Shown here piece by piece: positions 1 through 12,484 of a DNA stretch of 64,000 nt. Source of the DNA: Macrostomum lignano (taxonomy: Eukaryota); assembly GCA_002269645.1 (NCBI GenBank), contig NIVC01000639.1:376153-440152 (forward strand). Direction: 5' to 3'. Made by a program: the position numbers and the translations under genes. The notes beneath the pieces were generated by a model. It saw nothing but the letters and a program-made list of their open reading frames with translations. It made no database searches and was not told where the DNA came from. The first letter of the stretch is position 1. Every line of letters begins with the position of its first letter.

Positions 1-20
1 TTAGTTAGTCAGTCAGTTAT

Positions 21-69
<49 letters not shown>

Positions 70-80
70 CAGTCAGTTAT

Positions 81-153
<73 letters not shown>

Positions 154-164
154 CAGTCAGTTAT

Positions 165-220
<56 letters not shown>

Positions 221-234
221 CTAGTTAGTCAGTC

Positions 235-309
<75 letters not shown>

Positions 310-320
310 CAGTCAGTTAT

Positions 321-388
<68 letters not shown>

Positions 389-406
389 CTAGTTAGTCAG
401 TCAGTC

Positions 407-475
<69 letters not shown>

Positions 476-480
476 CTTAC

Positions 481-553
<73 letters not shown>

Positions 554-592
554 CAGTCAGTTATTTAGTTAGTTAGTTAGTTAATTAGTTAC

Positions 593-667
<75 letters not shown>

Positions 668-672
668 CTTAC

Positions 673-727
<55 letters not shown>

Positions 728-768
728 CTTACTTAGTTAGTTAGTTAGTTAGTTAGTTAATTAGTTAC

Positions 769-845
<77 letters not shown>

Positions 846-874
846 CAGTTAGTTAGTTAGTTAGTTAGTTAGTA

Positions 875-951
<77 letters not shown>
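1..951. repeat. (TTAG)n microsatellite with TCAG/TTAC variants; runs off the window start
   Basis: Continuous TTAG tetramers; reads (CTAA)n on the - strand, inside the intron following the EGFR-like exon. Confidence 0.98.
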
Positions 952-953
<2 letters not shown>

Positions 954-970
954 GAGGCTGCGACCCTTAC

Positions 971-2422
971 TGAGGGTCGCAGCCCGCATTCCGGCAAATC
1001 CCGCTGGCATCGTCAAAGCTGAGTCTCTGCACACTGATCGGGAAGTCCTTGGTGACTTGTTGAATCTGGCGAATCCTGTTGCTGGGATACCAGGCCTTGC
1101 ACAGACCGCTGATGTCTCTCAGCAGCAGGTGCTGAGCGTGCCGTAGGCGGGCCAGCCCGATGTACCGAGCCTTCAAAAACGCGATGCCGAACTTGCCCGA
1201 CACGAATCGCAGGCTGCGAAGGCAGCGCAGGTTGTCGGCGCCCAGCCGGTCGGTCCGCATGATGAAGAGGCGGCCGTAGAAAACCTGCAGCGATTCCAGA
1301 GCCTGCAGGCTGGCCTGGCTTGCCAGAATCGGAGCCTCCACGGTCAGAGCCGAGCTTGACTCCCAAATCACGCAGCCGCGGTTTCTCAGCGACATCGCCG
1401 ATGCATCGTTGAGCAGCGGAGATTCCACTGAGCACGCTTTGCAGAGCGCAGGCGCAGAGCACAACTGACAGGCACTGGCAGCTGGGATCTCATTTGGCGG
1501 GCACTTGGCTGAGCAGTGGCGACTGTCAGAGCTGGTTGGGAAATTCCTGTCGCACTGCTTCACGCAAATGCAGCTCCAGTTGCTTCAGGCCGGACGCTCC
1601 AGCTTCAAGGCGCGAACAGCCGCTCCTGCAGACGCCTCGGGCCTGCCGGAGCAGCCGCCCACGCACTGGCTGCCGCAGCACTCCTCCCTACCCGAGTCCG
1701 GATCGCGGTAGCAACGGCCGCACTGCAGCCGCTCAATGCAGCCGTGAAAGCGCTGGCAGCCATTGGGCCCGCCTGACCAGCACAGCCGCCTTCCCGAGGC
1801 CTGCGAGTTGCAGCTGGCGTGACAGCTGGCCACTGACAAGCAAGCAACGGTTACCATGGAGGTCTGATCGATAAAATGATGCTTCGATTCGCTGTGGAGC
1901 AAGTTGGACCAGTCAATGGAGCGCGACAGATGGCAGTACAGACTGGCGTGCAGGTTGCCGATGATGCTGGCGTCTCCCTGGATGGCGCTGAGGCTGGGCA
2001 GATCCAGCCGAGTGGGGTACATTGACTGCATCACCTCCAGGGCGTGGAAGTGGCTCCTCCAGGTTTTTGCCGCGAATGATGCGCCGACGGCGCAGGCTGA
2101 TGCGCTCCAAGTTGGCCCGCTTGATCACCAGCCGGCCGCTGATCTCCTCGATGGAGTCCAGGAAGTCGGTGCTCATCCTGCTGATGAAGCTGTCCAGCGG
2201 CGCTTCGGAGATCGGATTGACGCCGAAGTTCTCGATGACGAGGTCGCCGAGCACGTGCTGGCAGCCGGCCACGGTGCTCGCCAGCTGGGCGTGCAGCCTG
2301 CTGACGTTTCAGTGAGAGGCGTAGCCGCCATGGCTGACCCGAATGGTTTTGCACACGCGGCCGTCCTGCGGCACCAACGAGGCCAGCAGAGGGAGAAACA
2401 GGAGCCCGACAATGCTCGGCAT
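971..2422 (-). pseudogene. EGFR/ErbB-like receptor ectodomain (signal peptide, L1, furin-like Cys-rich, L2, start of second Cys-rich domain), disrupted
   Basis: ATG at 2422 gives MPSIVGLLFLPLLASLV (signal-like). L1: CQHVLGDLVIENF..DFLDSIEEISGRLVI..IIRG..HALEV..LDLPSLSAI..LYC..IDWSNLL. Cys-rich: CHASC..CWSGGPNGCQ..CCGSQCVGGCSG. L2: LESLQVFYGRLFI..LRSLRFVSG..IGLARLRH..ISGLC. Then CDPQ and a GTAAG donor at 970. Disablements: in-frame TGA at 2309-2311 and 1585-1587, and a frameshift near 2060. Confidence 0.8.
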
Positions 2423-2738
2423 GGCCAGTTGGAGTGGCAGTTTTCCTTTCAGACTTGAGAAATTGCAAAATTGCTTATTATACAGCTCAGATCGACTTCA
2501 GTGATTTCTGATCCAGGAATGCCGCTTTTTTGCCAAAATATCGCATTCAGTAAAACAAGTTCTAAATAAAATTCTGTATCCAAATATTGTGAAAAATATT
2601 TTTCTGCTATTTCTGCTAGTAACGGATTTTTGTTGCTTGAGGAAATTTTGCTGCTCACTCAAGCATAACAAGACTCGAACCCGAACTATCACAAACCCGA
2701 AAAATCGAAATCCCGAAAATCATAAACCCGAAATATCA

Positions 2739-3647
2739 CATGAGCTAGAGTAGATCTAGCTAGAGCTAGACTGGGTCATGAGCTAGACTGGGTCATGAGC
2801 TAGACTGGGGTCATGAGCTAGACTGGGGTCATGAGCTAGAGTAGGGTCATGAGCTAGACTGGGGTCAGGAGCTAGACTGGGGTCATGAGCTAAACTGGGG
2901 TCATGAGCTAGACTGGGGTCATGAGCTAGACTAGGGTCAGGAGCTAGACTGGGGTCATGAGCTAGACTGGGGTCAGGAGCTAGACTGGGGTCATGAGCTA
3001 GACTGGGGTCATGAGCCAGAGTAGGGTCATGAGCTAGACTGGGTCATGAGCTAGACTGGGGTCATGAGCTAGACTGGGGTCATGAGCTAGACTGGGGTCA
3101 GGAGCTAGACTGAGGTCATGAGCTAGACTGGGGTCATGAGCTAGAGTAGGGTCATGAGCTAGACTGGGGTCATGAGCTAGAGTAGGGTCATGAGCTAGAG
3201 TAGGGTCATGAGCTAGACTGGGGTCATGAGCTAGACTGGGGTCATGAGCTAGAGTAGGGTCATGAGCTAGAGTAGGGTCATGAGCTAGACTGGGGTCATG
3301 AGCTAGACTGGGGTCAGGAGCTAGACTGGGGTCATAAGCTAGACTGGGGTCAGGAGCTAGACTGGGGTCAGGAGCTAGACTGAGGTCATGAGCTAGACTG
3401 GGGTCATGAGCTAGAGTAGGGTCATGAGCTAGACTGGGGTCATGAGCTAGAGTAGGGTCATGAGCTAGAGTAGGGTCATGAGCTAGACTGGGGTCATGAG
3501 CTAGACTGGGGTCATGAGCTAGAGTAGGGTCATGAGCTAGAGTAGGGTCATGAGCTAGACTGGGGTCATGAGCTAGACTGGGGTCAGGAGCTAGACTGGG
3601 GTCATAAGCTAGACTGGGGTCAGGAGCTAGACTGGGGTCATGAGCTA
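2739..3647. repeat. 18-bp minisatellite (GAGCTAGACTGGGGTCAT), about 50 copies, with a 270-bp higher-order duplication
   Basis: Unit read directly; rare variants recur 270 bp apart (3111/3381 and 3331/3601). Confidence 0.95.
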
Positions 3648-3792
3648 CATTAGCTGGAACAGTGAGGCACGGCTATTTTCATAGCCAAAGGCCAGCCACA
3701 GGGAAGCAAAGATGCTTGTTGCACTTCAGTTTACGCGCTGAGTCACCGCCTAAGCCGAGATGTCTATGGCCCAGGCTCCCCGATCCTGACAG

Positions 3793-4824
3793 GATTTCGC
3801 CTACAAGAGGGACTCAAACGCGCCCTCAGCTCAGCTGACTCACCACGAGTTCCTTCAAGCGCAACCATTTTTCAGGCAAACGCAAAACAGAACGGCGATG
3901 ACAGCGGCGAAAGCAGTAAGCAACCGGCAGCAGAAGCAACAGGAAACAAGAAGATCGGTGCAGCAGGCCAGACAGCAAGCAAAAGCAGGTGTAGATCAGG
4001 TGAGGCGGGAAGCAAAAGCAGGTGTAGATCAGGTGAGGCGGGAAGCAAAAGCAGGTGTAGATCAGGTGAGGCGGGAAGCAAAAGCAGCTGTAGATCAATT
4101 GAAGTTGGAAAGTAGGGAGGCTGTGAAGCAAAAGCAGCAAGAAGGTAGGGAGGCTGTGAAGCGAAAGCAGCAAGAAGGTAGGGAGGCTGTGAAGCGAAAG
4201 TAGCAAGAAGGTAGAAAGGCTGTGAAGCGAAAGCAGCAAGAAGGTAGAAAGGCTGTGAAGCGAAAGCAGCAAGAAATTAGGGAGGCTGTGAAGCGAAAGC
4301 AGCAAGAAGGTAGGGAGGCTGTGAAGCGAAAGCAGCAAGAAGGTAGGGAGGCTGTGAAGCGAAAGCAGCAAGAAAGTAGAGAGGCTGTGAAGCGAAAGCA
4401 GAGAGAATGTCGAGAAGAAGATGTGAAGCATCAAGCTGTTGAACTGACGAAGCAGCAAGCTGTGAAGCGGAAGCAGCAAGCTGTGAAGCGGAAGCAGCAA
4501 GCTGTGAAGCGGAAGCAGCAAGCTGTGGAGCGGAAGCAGCAAGCTGTGACACGGAAGCAGCAAGCTGTGAAGCGGAAGCAGCAAGCTGTGACACGGAAGA
4601 AGCAAGCTGCGAAGCGGAAGCAGCAAGCTGTGAAGCGGAAGCAGCAAGCTGTGACACGGAAGCAGCAACCTGCAAAGCAGAGGCAACGATCAAGAAGAAG
4701 AGTCAAGTGGAAGCTGCCAGCAAGAGGGGCTACGCAGCAGGGAGCAAGCAAGAGAAAGAAGCAGAGAAGCAGAGTCTGCAGGCAGCCAGAAGGTCTGTCT
4801 TCCCGGCTGAGGCGGCGCCGGTGA
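3793..4824 (+). other. Coding-like repeat ORF: 11-aa (33-bp) and 7-aa (21-bp) basic coiled-coil repeats, one in-frame TAG
   Basis: ORFs 3898-4203 and 4222-4824 share a frame, split by TAG at 4201-4203. Repeats are AKAGVDQVRRE x3, EAVKRKQQEGR x~9 and AVKRKQQ x~10. A candidate acceptor CTGACAG ends at 3792, and an A-rich tract follows at ~4870-4930. No known homology recognised. Confidence 0.35.
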
Positions 4825-5389
4825 GACTTGGTCCGCCACATTTGTTTTATTATTTTACTTTTGTTTTAATTGCAAAAACTCAACAAAAAAAACAAAAAAA
4901 CAAAAACAACAAAAAACCAAAAAAATATAAACCTAATGTTTACCAATTATATTAGATTACAGATAAAATTCATATCTAAATTTCAAATTGCATTCATTGA
5001 TTTCTAGAGTAATCATACCTTTATTTTATATTCTTACCAGTAAAAAAACTTGAATATATTACAATGCTCTGAAAACCATCTTGATTCCCATCTCGATTGC
5101 ACACCTATCGCACTTTTATCTTTACTTACTAATACAGTGTAATTCACTTACAATCATAAATTTAATAGTCCAAAATTTCGTATTGTATGACTGTATTAGA
5201 AATTAACTGAAATTTCAGAAATTTTTTCAAATTCAGCACCTTACCTTTCTTTGTCTGCAATCCCCCACTCCCAGCACCCAGCCGGCTCTGCCAAGCCGCC
5301 TCAAATAATTTGTCCTTACTAAACTCTCCCTCACTTTCTCCGCCTCTCGTCATGGAGGGAAGCGGGGATCGCAGGGAAGAGCAGGCGAT

Positions 5390-5575
5390 GCTTGATGGGG
5401 CAGAAAGCAGCCTAGCCACCTGCTGTCCGCTCCATCACGCATCCCTGAATCCCCCAGACTCCTCCTAATTGGAGAGCCCGCCCACCAGTCTACTTACCTA
5501 CCTATCTACCTAAATACCTACCAATTTATCTACCTGCCTAAATATTTATCTACCTATTTATCTACCTTACCCTAC
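5390..5575 (+). mobile_element. Dispersed repeat ending in a (TACC)n-like tail (probable LINE/SINE 3' end), copy 1
   Basis: About 110 bp (GCTTGATGGGGC..GCAGCCTAGCCACCTG..CTAATTGGAGAGCCCGCC..CTTACCTACC) also occurs at 11418-11540. Confidence 0.55.
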
Positions 5576-5904
5576 CTGTCTGCTTTTATTTATACCGCAC
5601 TTACACCAATATAAATACAGGGCCGCAACAACTGAGCTGTTTCATCAAAGCTTTACTCTACTTAAAGTTAAGATGGCTGCTTGCAACCTTCCTCGTGTTT
5701 GGGGTTCACGAGTAACCAACGTCCCCCACTATTGTAAAGTCTGTGATGAAATGCTTAGTTGCTGTAGTCCCGCTAAAACTACGTTTTATTTGAAAATAAA
5801 CAAACTATTATCAGTCCAACAGCCTCACATTCTACCAAAGAAACTAATACAGTACCCACAAGTTTTTATTTTCCGGTACACACCTGGCCGAGAAACCTAG
5901 TAGA

Positions 5905-6190
5905 CAACAACCCGGCAGCACACCCGGCGGCACACCCGGCGGCACACCCGGCAACACACCCAGCAGCACACCCGGCGGCACACCTGGCAACACACCCGGC
6001 AGCACACCCGGCAGCACACCTGGCAGCACACCCGGCAGAAACACCCGGCAGCACACCCGGCAGCAACACCCGGCAGCAACACCCGGCAGCACACCCGGCA
6101 GCAACACCCGGCAGCACACCCGGCAGCACACCCGGCAGCAACACCCGGCAGCAACACCCGGCAGCACACCCGGCAGCAACACTGGCAACA
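5905..6190. repeat. 12-13-bp minisatellite (GCAGCACACCCG / GCAGCAACACCCG)
   Basis: Tandem unit read directly. Confidence 0.93.
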
Positions 6191-7533
6191 CTGAAACGTA
6201 CCACAAACTTGAATTAATCGAGTTTCTTTCTTGGAAAACCTCCCATATTTTACAAAGTATTCTTTGTAAGAAAACTTCGCGAGATTGTTAAGATCAAACA
6301 CAACGGTCAAATACAACATTGCAAACTGACTAAAATATTGTTTAAGGAAACGATTACCTATGTTGCAATCTGGAGTGTCTCAGCTGTCTATACATATTTT
6401 AAATGAATCATAAGTGCTTGCCTTGTAATAATATAGGTACGAGCTAATTCGACACTTATACTTCAGGGTTCGGGTTAGGGTTAGGGTTAAGTGCTTTTGT
6501 AGTATAATTCCAATGGTCTTTAATATATTGTAAAAGTGTAGAACTTTATGTATAGTGTAATAGTTTATGAGACAAAGTACAGTCAAAAACTTCAAAGTGA
6601 ATGAATGGTTGAAATCAAATTGCACCTGTGCATTCTAGCTAAACCCTATCTATAAGGGGTAGTGAATTCAACAATGCCCAACAGCTTGAAGTCCCATGAA
6701 CAGTGCCAGCAGAGTGGATGTCTACGAGCTACTTTATCTGTGAAAGGCTGAGCAACTATTGAGCAATACATCCTTCCGAACTATTGGTCTGTGCGCCATC
6801 TTCCGCCTGTTTGGAGTCTGCGAGAGCCGCTGTCGAATTGTTTCTTCGCTTGGAGGCCCATCACCCGTCCTTTGCCGTCCAGACTCAACAACGAGCAAAT
6901 GCTAGCAGACCTGAGCAGCATTCGTGGAAGTCGTTTAGTCGAAGATCTCAACCAAACTGCCCATGCCAGCAACCTGCACAAAAATACAGATCCACGCAGC
7001 CTATGCAACTGGTACACTTAACTAGACCAGAGGCTGACCTTCCACTACGAGTGCAGAGATGCAGCCCGGGCTCCTGTGCGGCAGCTGGATAAAGTGATAA
7101 ATAAAGTGACAGCTAGCAGCTGTGCCAGGCGTGAGCAAGTGCTACGACAACATTAAAGTTCTCTTTCAGCATCAGAGCCTCGGAGGAGGAACAGTGACTT
7201 ACGCACAATTGTCACTGACTGTCATTGAGCACTGACTCAAGCATAACTGTCTCTTCCACTGAGTCTGGTTTTTTGGCTGGACCCACCACCTCCGAAATAC
7301 CGAATATACTCGTAAAAACGAACAAATCGAAAAAATAGAACACACAAAATTACTTTGCACAAATTATAATGACTTTTATTCGATGCCCTATTGTCAGTAG
7401 AAATACAAGGAAAATACGCTAAGAAAAAAGTCTATAAAAATATGTCCAATACGAGCCATGGTACGTGTACTGTTAAGCTAAACAAATGGTTTTTATTTGC
7501 TACACAAAACCTCTGAGGGCTGGTAGATTGACA

Positions 7534-7997
7534 TATCAGTGTGTTATCAGTGTGCCAGTCTGTGTCTTATCAGTGTGCCAGTCCGTGTCTTATCAGTGTG
7601 CCAGTCCGGGTCTTATCAGTGTGCCAGTCCGGGTCTTATCAGTGTGCCAGTCCAGGTCTTATCAGTGTGCCAGTCTGTGTCTTATCAGTGTGCCAGTCCG
7701 TGTCTTATCAGTGTGCCAGTCCGGGTCTTATCAGTGTGCCAGTTCGGGTCTTATCAGTGTGCTAGTCCGGGTCTTATCAGTGTGCCAGTCCGGGTCATCA
7801 GTGTGCCAGTCCGGGTCTTATCAGTGTGCCAGTCCGGGTCTTATCAGTGTGCCAGTCCAGGTCTTATCAGTGTGCCAGTCCGGGTCTTATCAGTGTGCCA
7901 GTCCGGGTCTTATCAGTGTGCCAGTCCAGGTCTTATCAGTGTGCCAGTCCGGGTCTTATCAGTGTGCCAGTTCGTGCCTTATCAGTGCGCCAGTCCA
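7534..7997. repeat. 23-bp minisatellite (TCTTATCAGTGTGCCAGTCCGGG), about 20 copies
   Basis: Period of 23 read directly; starts within 10 bp of the stop codon of LamG gene copy C. Confidence 0.95.
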
Positions 7998-8004
7998 GTG
8001 GTTT

Positions 8005-8836
8005 TCAGTCAGTCTCGGAGTTGCACAGGTTGCGAAGGCTGTCGAACTGGGACTTGCTGAGCGAGGCGTTCGCGAATCCCCAGCACTGCAGCCAGCCGCT
8101 GTAGTAGGGAGGGCTCGAGCCGAAGCAGTTGCCGATGCGGAGGCAGTCGTAGTACTGGCCGGAGATAGGAATTGCGCCAGTTCTGTACGGCGCGTCAGTG
8201 TTGTACAGGCTTCCGTTCATGTACCACTTGTTCGCGTAGTTCAGGGCGGCTCCATCAAAGCTCACTCCCACCGAGTTGCGTCTCTGGGTGCCATCAATCG
8301 GAATGACACTATCCGAGTTGACGTAAGCATATGCGCTGGAGCCGTCCACAAAGTAGTTGATGGAGTAAATACCGCCATTGTTGTTGGCGCTCCAGTAGCT
8401 GACTCTCAGGCTCGAGCTGCAGCCGCTGAACGAGCTCAAGCAGCTCCCCCTGCATAGGGAGATGCGAATTCGGTTGAAACAAGTGCTCAAACTCGAACGA
8501 CAAAAACAGCTGGCAATTCTTACGTGCCGTTGACAGCAAAAGTTCCTTGAAAGAAGAGACTGAAACTTTTTCCGGCTTTGAAATTCTCAAAATAGTTGGA
8601 TGTGTTAATCTTGATGTAGGAGCCAGAAGTGCCGCTAAGACGAGCTCCGTTGACTGAGTTCTGCTCCGCCACACCGAATGGAGTCGCTAGGAAGCTCGTT
8701 GGGTCAGCCAGGTTTGTGTAGCCCTTCTTGAAGTCGTACCAGAGCAGCAGGCTTGAAGAGAAGCTGAGAGCCGCAATGCCAGATGGAGTTGCAGGCGTGG
8801 AGACGGAATCGATGGTAGGAGGTTCAGTGCCGGCAG
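8005..8836 (-). CDS. LamG/concanavalin A-like domain protein, paralogue C (exons 2-3; first exon uncertain)
   Basis: Exon 8836-8524 (..LSFSSSLLLWYDFKKGYTNLA..ARLSGTSGSYIKI..KSFSLFFQGTF), GT-AG intron 8523-8450, and exon 8449-8005 (..KWYMNGS..DCLRIGNCF..YSGWLQCWGF..LRNLCN). Aligns with the genes at 45206 and 58031, with the same intron position and phase. Confidence 0.8.
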
Positions 8837-8910
8837 CTGGCGTTGAGAAATGCTGAGAAATGGCAAAGAGTTGGCTTTTGTCAGCTCCAGCATCCAAAAT
8901 TCCAAGTTCT

Positions 8911-10004
8911 AAGGACTAAGCTACCAGTATCCGATATCCGAAGCCTAAGTAATAAGCTACCAGTATCTAATATCCGAAGGTCCAAGGACTAAGCTACCAG
9001 TATCCAATACCCGAAGGTCCAAGGACAAAGCTACCAGTATCCAATACCCGAAGGTCCAAGGACAAAGCTACCAGTATCTAATATCCGAAGGTCAAAGGAC
9101 TAAGCTACCAGTATCCAATATCCGAAGGTCCAAGGACTAAGCTACCAGTATCCAATATCCGAAGGTCCAAGGACTAAGCTACCAGTATCCAATACCCGAA
9201 GGTCCAAGGACAAAGCTACCAGTATCCAATATCCGAAGGTCCAAGGACTAAGCTACCAGCTAGTATCCAACATCCGAAGGTCTAAGGACTAAGCTATTGA
9301 TACTAGTATCCAATATCCGAAGGTCCAAGGACTAAGCTACCAGTATCCAATACCCGAAGGTCCAAGGACAAAGCTACCAGTATCCAATATCCGAAGGTCC
9401 AAGGACAAAGCTACCAGTATCTAATATCCGAAGGTCCAAGGACAAAGCTACCAGTATCTAATATCCGAAGGTCCAAGGACAAAGCTACCAGTATCCAATA
9501 TCCGAAGGTCCAAGGACAAAGCTACCAGTATCCAATATCCGAAGGTCCAAGGACAAAGCTACCAGTATCCAATATCCGAAGGTCCAAGGACTAAGCTACC
9601 AGCTAGTATCCAACATCCGAAGGTCTAATGACTAAGCTATTGATACTAGTATCCAATATCCGAAGGTCCAAGGACTAAGCTACCAGTATCCAATACCCGA
9701 AGGTCCAAGGACAAAGCTACCAGTATCCAATATCCGAAGGTCCAATGACAAAGCTACCAGTATCTAATATCCGAAGGTCCAAGGACAAAGCTACCAGTAT
9801 CTAATATCCGAAGGTCCAAGGACAAAGCTACCAGTATCCAATATCCGAAGGTCCAAGGACAAAGCTACCAGTATCCAATATCCGAAGGTCCAAGGACTAA
9901 GCTACCAGTATCCAATATCCGAAGGTCCAAGGACTAAGCTACCAGTATCCAATACCCGAAGGTCCAAGGACAAAGCTACCAGTATCCAATATCCGAAGGT
10001 CCAA
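8911..10004. repeat. 37-bp minisatellite (GCTACCAGTATCCAATATCCGAAGGTCCAAGGAC[T/A]AA), about 29 copies
   Basis: Unit read directly; a variant block recurs 343 bp apart (9258/9601). Probably fills intron 1 of paralogue C. Confidence 0.95.
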
Positions 10005-11109
10005 GTTTACAACAGCAGAAAGCTGACTTAAATTCTGAGGCTCTGCGCAATCCAGCGCAATGCTTTCTCTCGGGAGTCACTGGGAAGACATTTATAATTT
10101 CATATGAGGTGTAGTTCAGCCATCACACCTTTGCATCACACCGGGCCGGACCTGCATGCCAGACAGACTGCTCCGGTGAGTCTCCCATCCGGGATATGGA
10201 GAGCAGACTCAATGGCAGCTGCAGACAAGCAAGCGTGGCAGACGGGCTGCTGTAAAAATGTTTTACTGCAAATTTACCGTGACGATTTTGAGCCCAAAGC
10301 CAATATTTGGCTCTGTGTATCTTGTAACTAAGGGCGCTGTTGAGGAGCTGCGACGGGAGAAAAAATTTGCTCAACTGAATCGTAGCTCGCCTCAGCGCTT
10401 CTATAGCAAGCAGAAGCTCAGTGGGGAATGGAAATGTTTCGTGTAAGATGTTAAGCAGTTTTTTTTGAGAAGCCGACTTGAATCACCTGCCTTCTTATTT
10501 GAATTCTCCACTTAGGAGCACCCACGGTCTCAGGAGTTCTCAAGTATACTCTTGATAGCGAGTGACATGATAGGGTTAGTCAAGACAAGAAATGAGATAA
10601 TGCTATACTCGGCAACATCGAAAAGTTGCCATCACAGAAAATTCCGTCTGTGGTCGCCACTTTTGAGAGCGCAGGTATAAAGTCTCTCAATCTTTTCCAG
10701 CGACGCAACTTAGCTACGCCGCGGCAGACTTGAGTTGAGGAATGAAGTGGGGGGAGCGATTTGCGAAGATTGGACGGATTAAAGCTACCGCGATCAGTTT
10801 TCTTACATATTTTATTTCAGAATAGTCCAAGAGAAATTGCTCACTGGCGCATTTAGTGGCGACTTTCCAATGTCGCTGAGTATATTAGCTGAGGCAGTAG
10901 TGTTGAATTGTAGAAGTGAGAAGAAAGGTGCTCACTTGAGAGCTTGGCTGACTCTATTCATTAGTTTGCAAAGAGATGGTGGATGCAGAAAAAGCGCGCA
11001 TGGGGTGGTGGGGTTGAATTCAAGTTCAATTCAAGTGCTGCGGTAGGCCATCAGCAGTCGGTGGAGTTGCTCATTGGAGTGGCCCGCGCTCACTCAGATG
11101 CCGCTTCAG

Positions 11110-11350
11110 CACCTGGGCAAAGCGCTCCGCCTGGCCCTTGGTCACCGTGTGGAATAGCGTGAGATGTGCCGGATGCCGTTGGACCTGACGAACTCAGCGA
11201 ACTCGGCTGGAGCGAATTGAAGCCCGTTGTCCGACACCAAAGTCCTCGGTAGGCCGAGACGAGAGAAGACTTCTCGCAGGCAGTTGATCGCCCTGCTCAT
11301 CCTGTGCACCTCTGGCCACTTGCTGTGCGCGTCGACCTGGACCAAGGTCC
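11110..11350 (-). mobile_element. Ty3/Gypsy integrase core fragment
   Basis: VDAHSKWPEV..CLREVFSRLGLPRTLVSDNGLQF..FAEFVRSNGIRH, then GQAERF in a shifted frame: retroviral-type integrase motifs with deletions. Confidence 0.85.
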
Positions 11351-11417
11351 ACGGGTCCCCCGAAGTCGAAGTGTAACCGCTCCCAACAAAGCTCAAACGG
11401 GGAAACTACCTACCTTT

Positions 11418-11540
11418 GCTTGATGGGGCGGAAAGCAGCCTAGCCACCTGACCGCTCATCACGCAGCCCAGAATCCCCCAGACTCCTAATTGGAGAGCCC
11501 GCCAGTCCGCTTACCTACCTACCTACAACCTACCGTCCTA
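11418..11540 (+). mobile_element. Dispersed repeat with a (TACC)n-like tail, copy 2
   Basis: Homologous to 5390-5502. Confidence 0.55.
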
Positions 11541-12484
11541 CCTGGGGCAACCTGCCTACAATCTAGGGGCACCTTATTGCTATGCACCTATGCACCTGTC
11601 GAAGGCGCTGGGCATTCGGCACACACGGCTTGCGCCGTCACCGATTGCAACTGACAGTTTGAGCTGTTAACCTGGGCGGCGGCTCAGGGCCAAAGAAGAG
11701 CACGCAGGTCCGCGTGGAGTGCGCCTAACCCTGCGCTGGAAATCGAGAAGCGACTAAGAAAATGCAGCCATGACCAAGATCGGCCTCGTCATGGACGTTT
11801 CAGCAGCTGCTGGCAAAAGCTCTGGGTGCAAGTGTTCCAGCCGATTGAGCAGACCAGGAGATCCTAAGGTGCCAGAAGTCAACGAAGACAGCGAATTGAG
11901 CTTCGGAAATCGCGTGTGCGACGTGCTGCGATTGGCACCCTGACTTCGGCGCCTACTGCCAAGTCCCGCACGAGTGGGAAGAAAAGAGGCAACAGAGCAC
12001 GTCAGGTATGTGGGTCTCATCGGCGTTTGCAGGTCGTGTGTGAAATTCGTTTAACAGTGCCCAGTAGTTTGTTGTGTTTGCATAAGAGCTGAATGCTATA
12101 GTTACCTGATCGCACTAAGCTGCCAGCCTCTTCTGATACATACCGGACACCTACCCATTGGCCCATTGGACAGCCCCCAGACACCCGGTTAGCATATTAT
12201 TAATATGCATTTCAGACTAGTCGACAGCAGCGGCGAGTCGACTGCCATAAACTGCAGACTTAAAGTGACCTTCCCCGACTACTATTACTAACTGAACTTA
12301 AACAAGTCTGTACCTAGCGTTTTAGTTAACCATCCACCTACAGTAATTCTCTATCTAAACCTTTTTGCTAATTTTCTACATTTAAACTTTTTTAATTTAT
12401 GCATCATGTTGGCAAGGCGAGTTTTTCACATCAGCCGATAATTTTTATCAATAAACGCAGATCAAAGCCGAAACTGATAGCCTG

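Noticed and set aside
1-951. (TTAG)n, and TTAGGG copies at ~6475-6490, as telomeric sequence
   Set aside because: TTAG is not TTAGGG or TTAGG. The TTAGGG run has only 2-3 copies and is internal.
6640-7260. Short ORFs at 6781-7092 as a gene or transposase
   Set aside because: All frames are interrupted and no motif could be recognised.
1585-10138. TGA recoding (Trp or Sec) because four premature stops in Cys-rich ORFs are all TGA
   Set aside because: TGA is the normal stop of NDUFB9, PPP1R2, FRA10AC1 and the ZF gene here. The EGFR-like exon also has a frameshift, no SECIS was seen, and CGA>TGA or TGG>TGA transitions explain the stops.
11600-11960. A second integrase fragment on the + strand (KALGIRHTRLAP)
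   Set aside because: Only one short motif is recognisable, which is too little to call as a feature.
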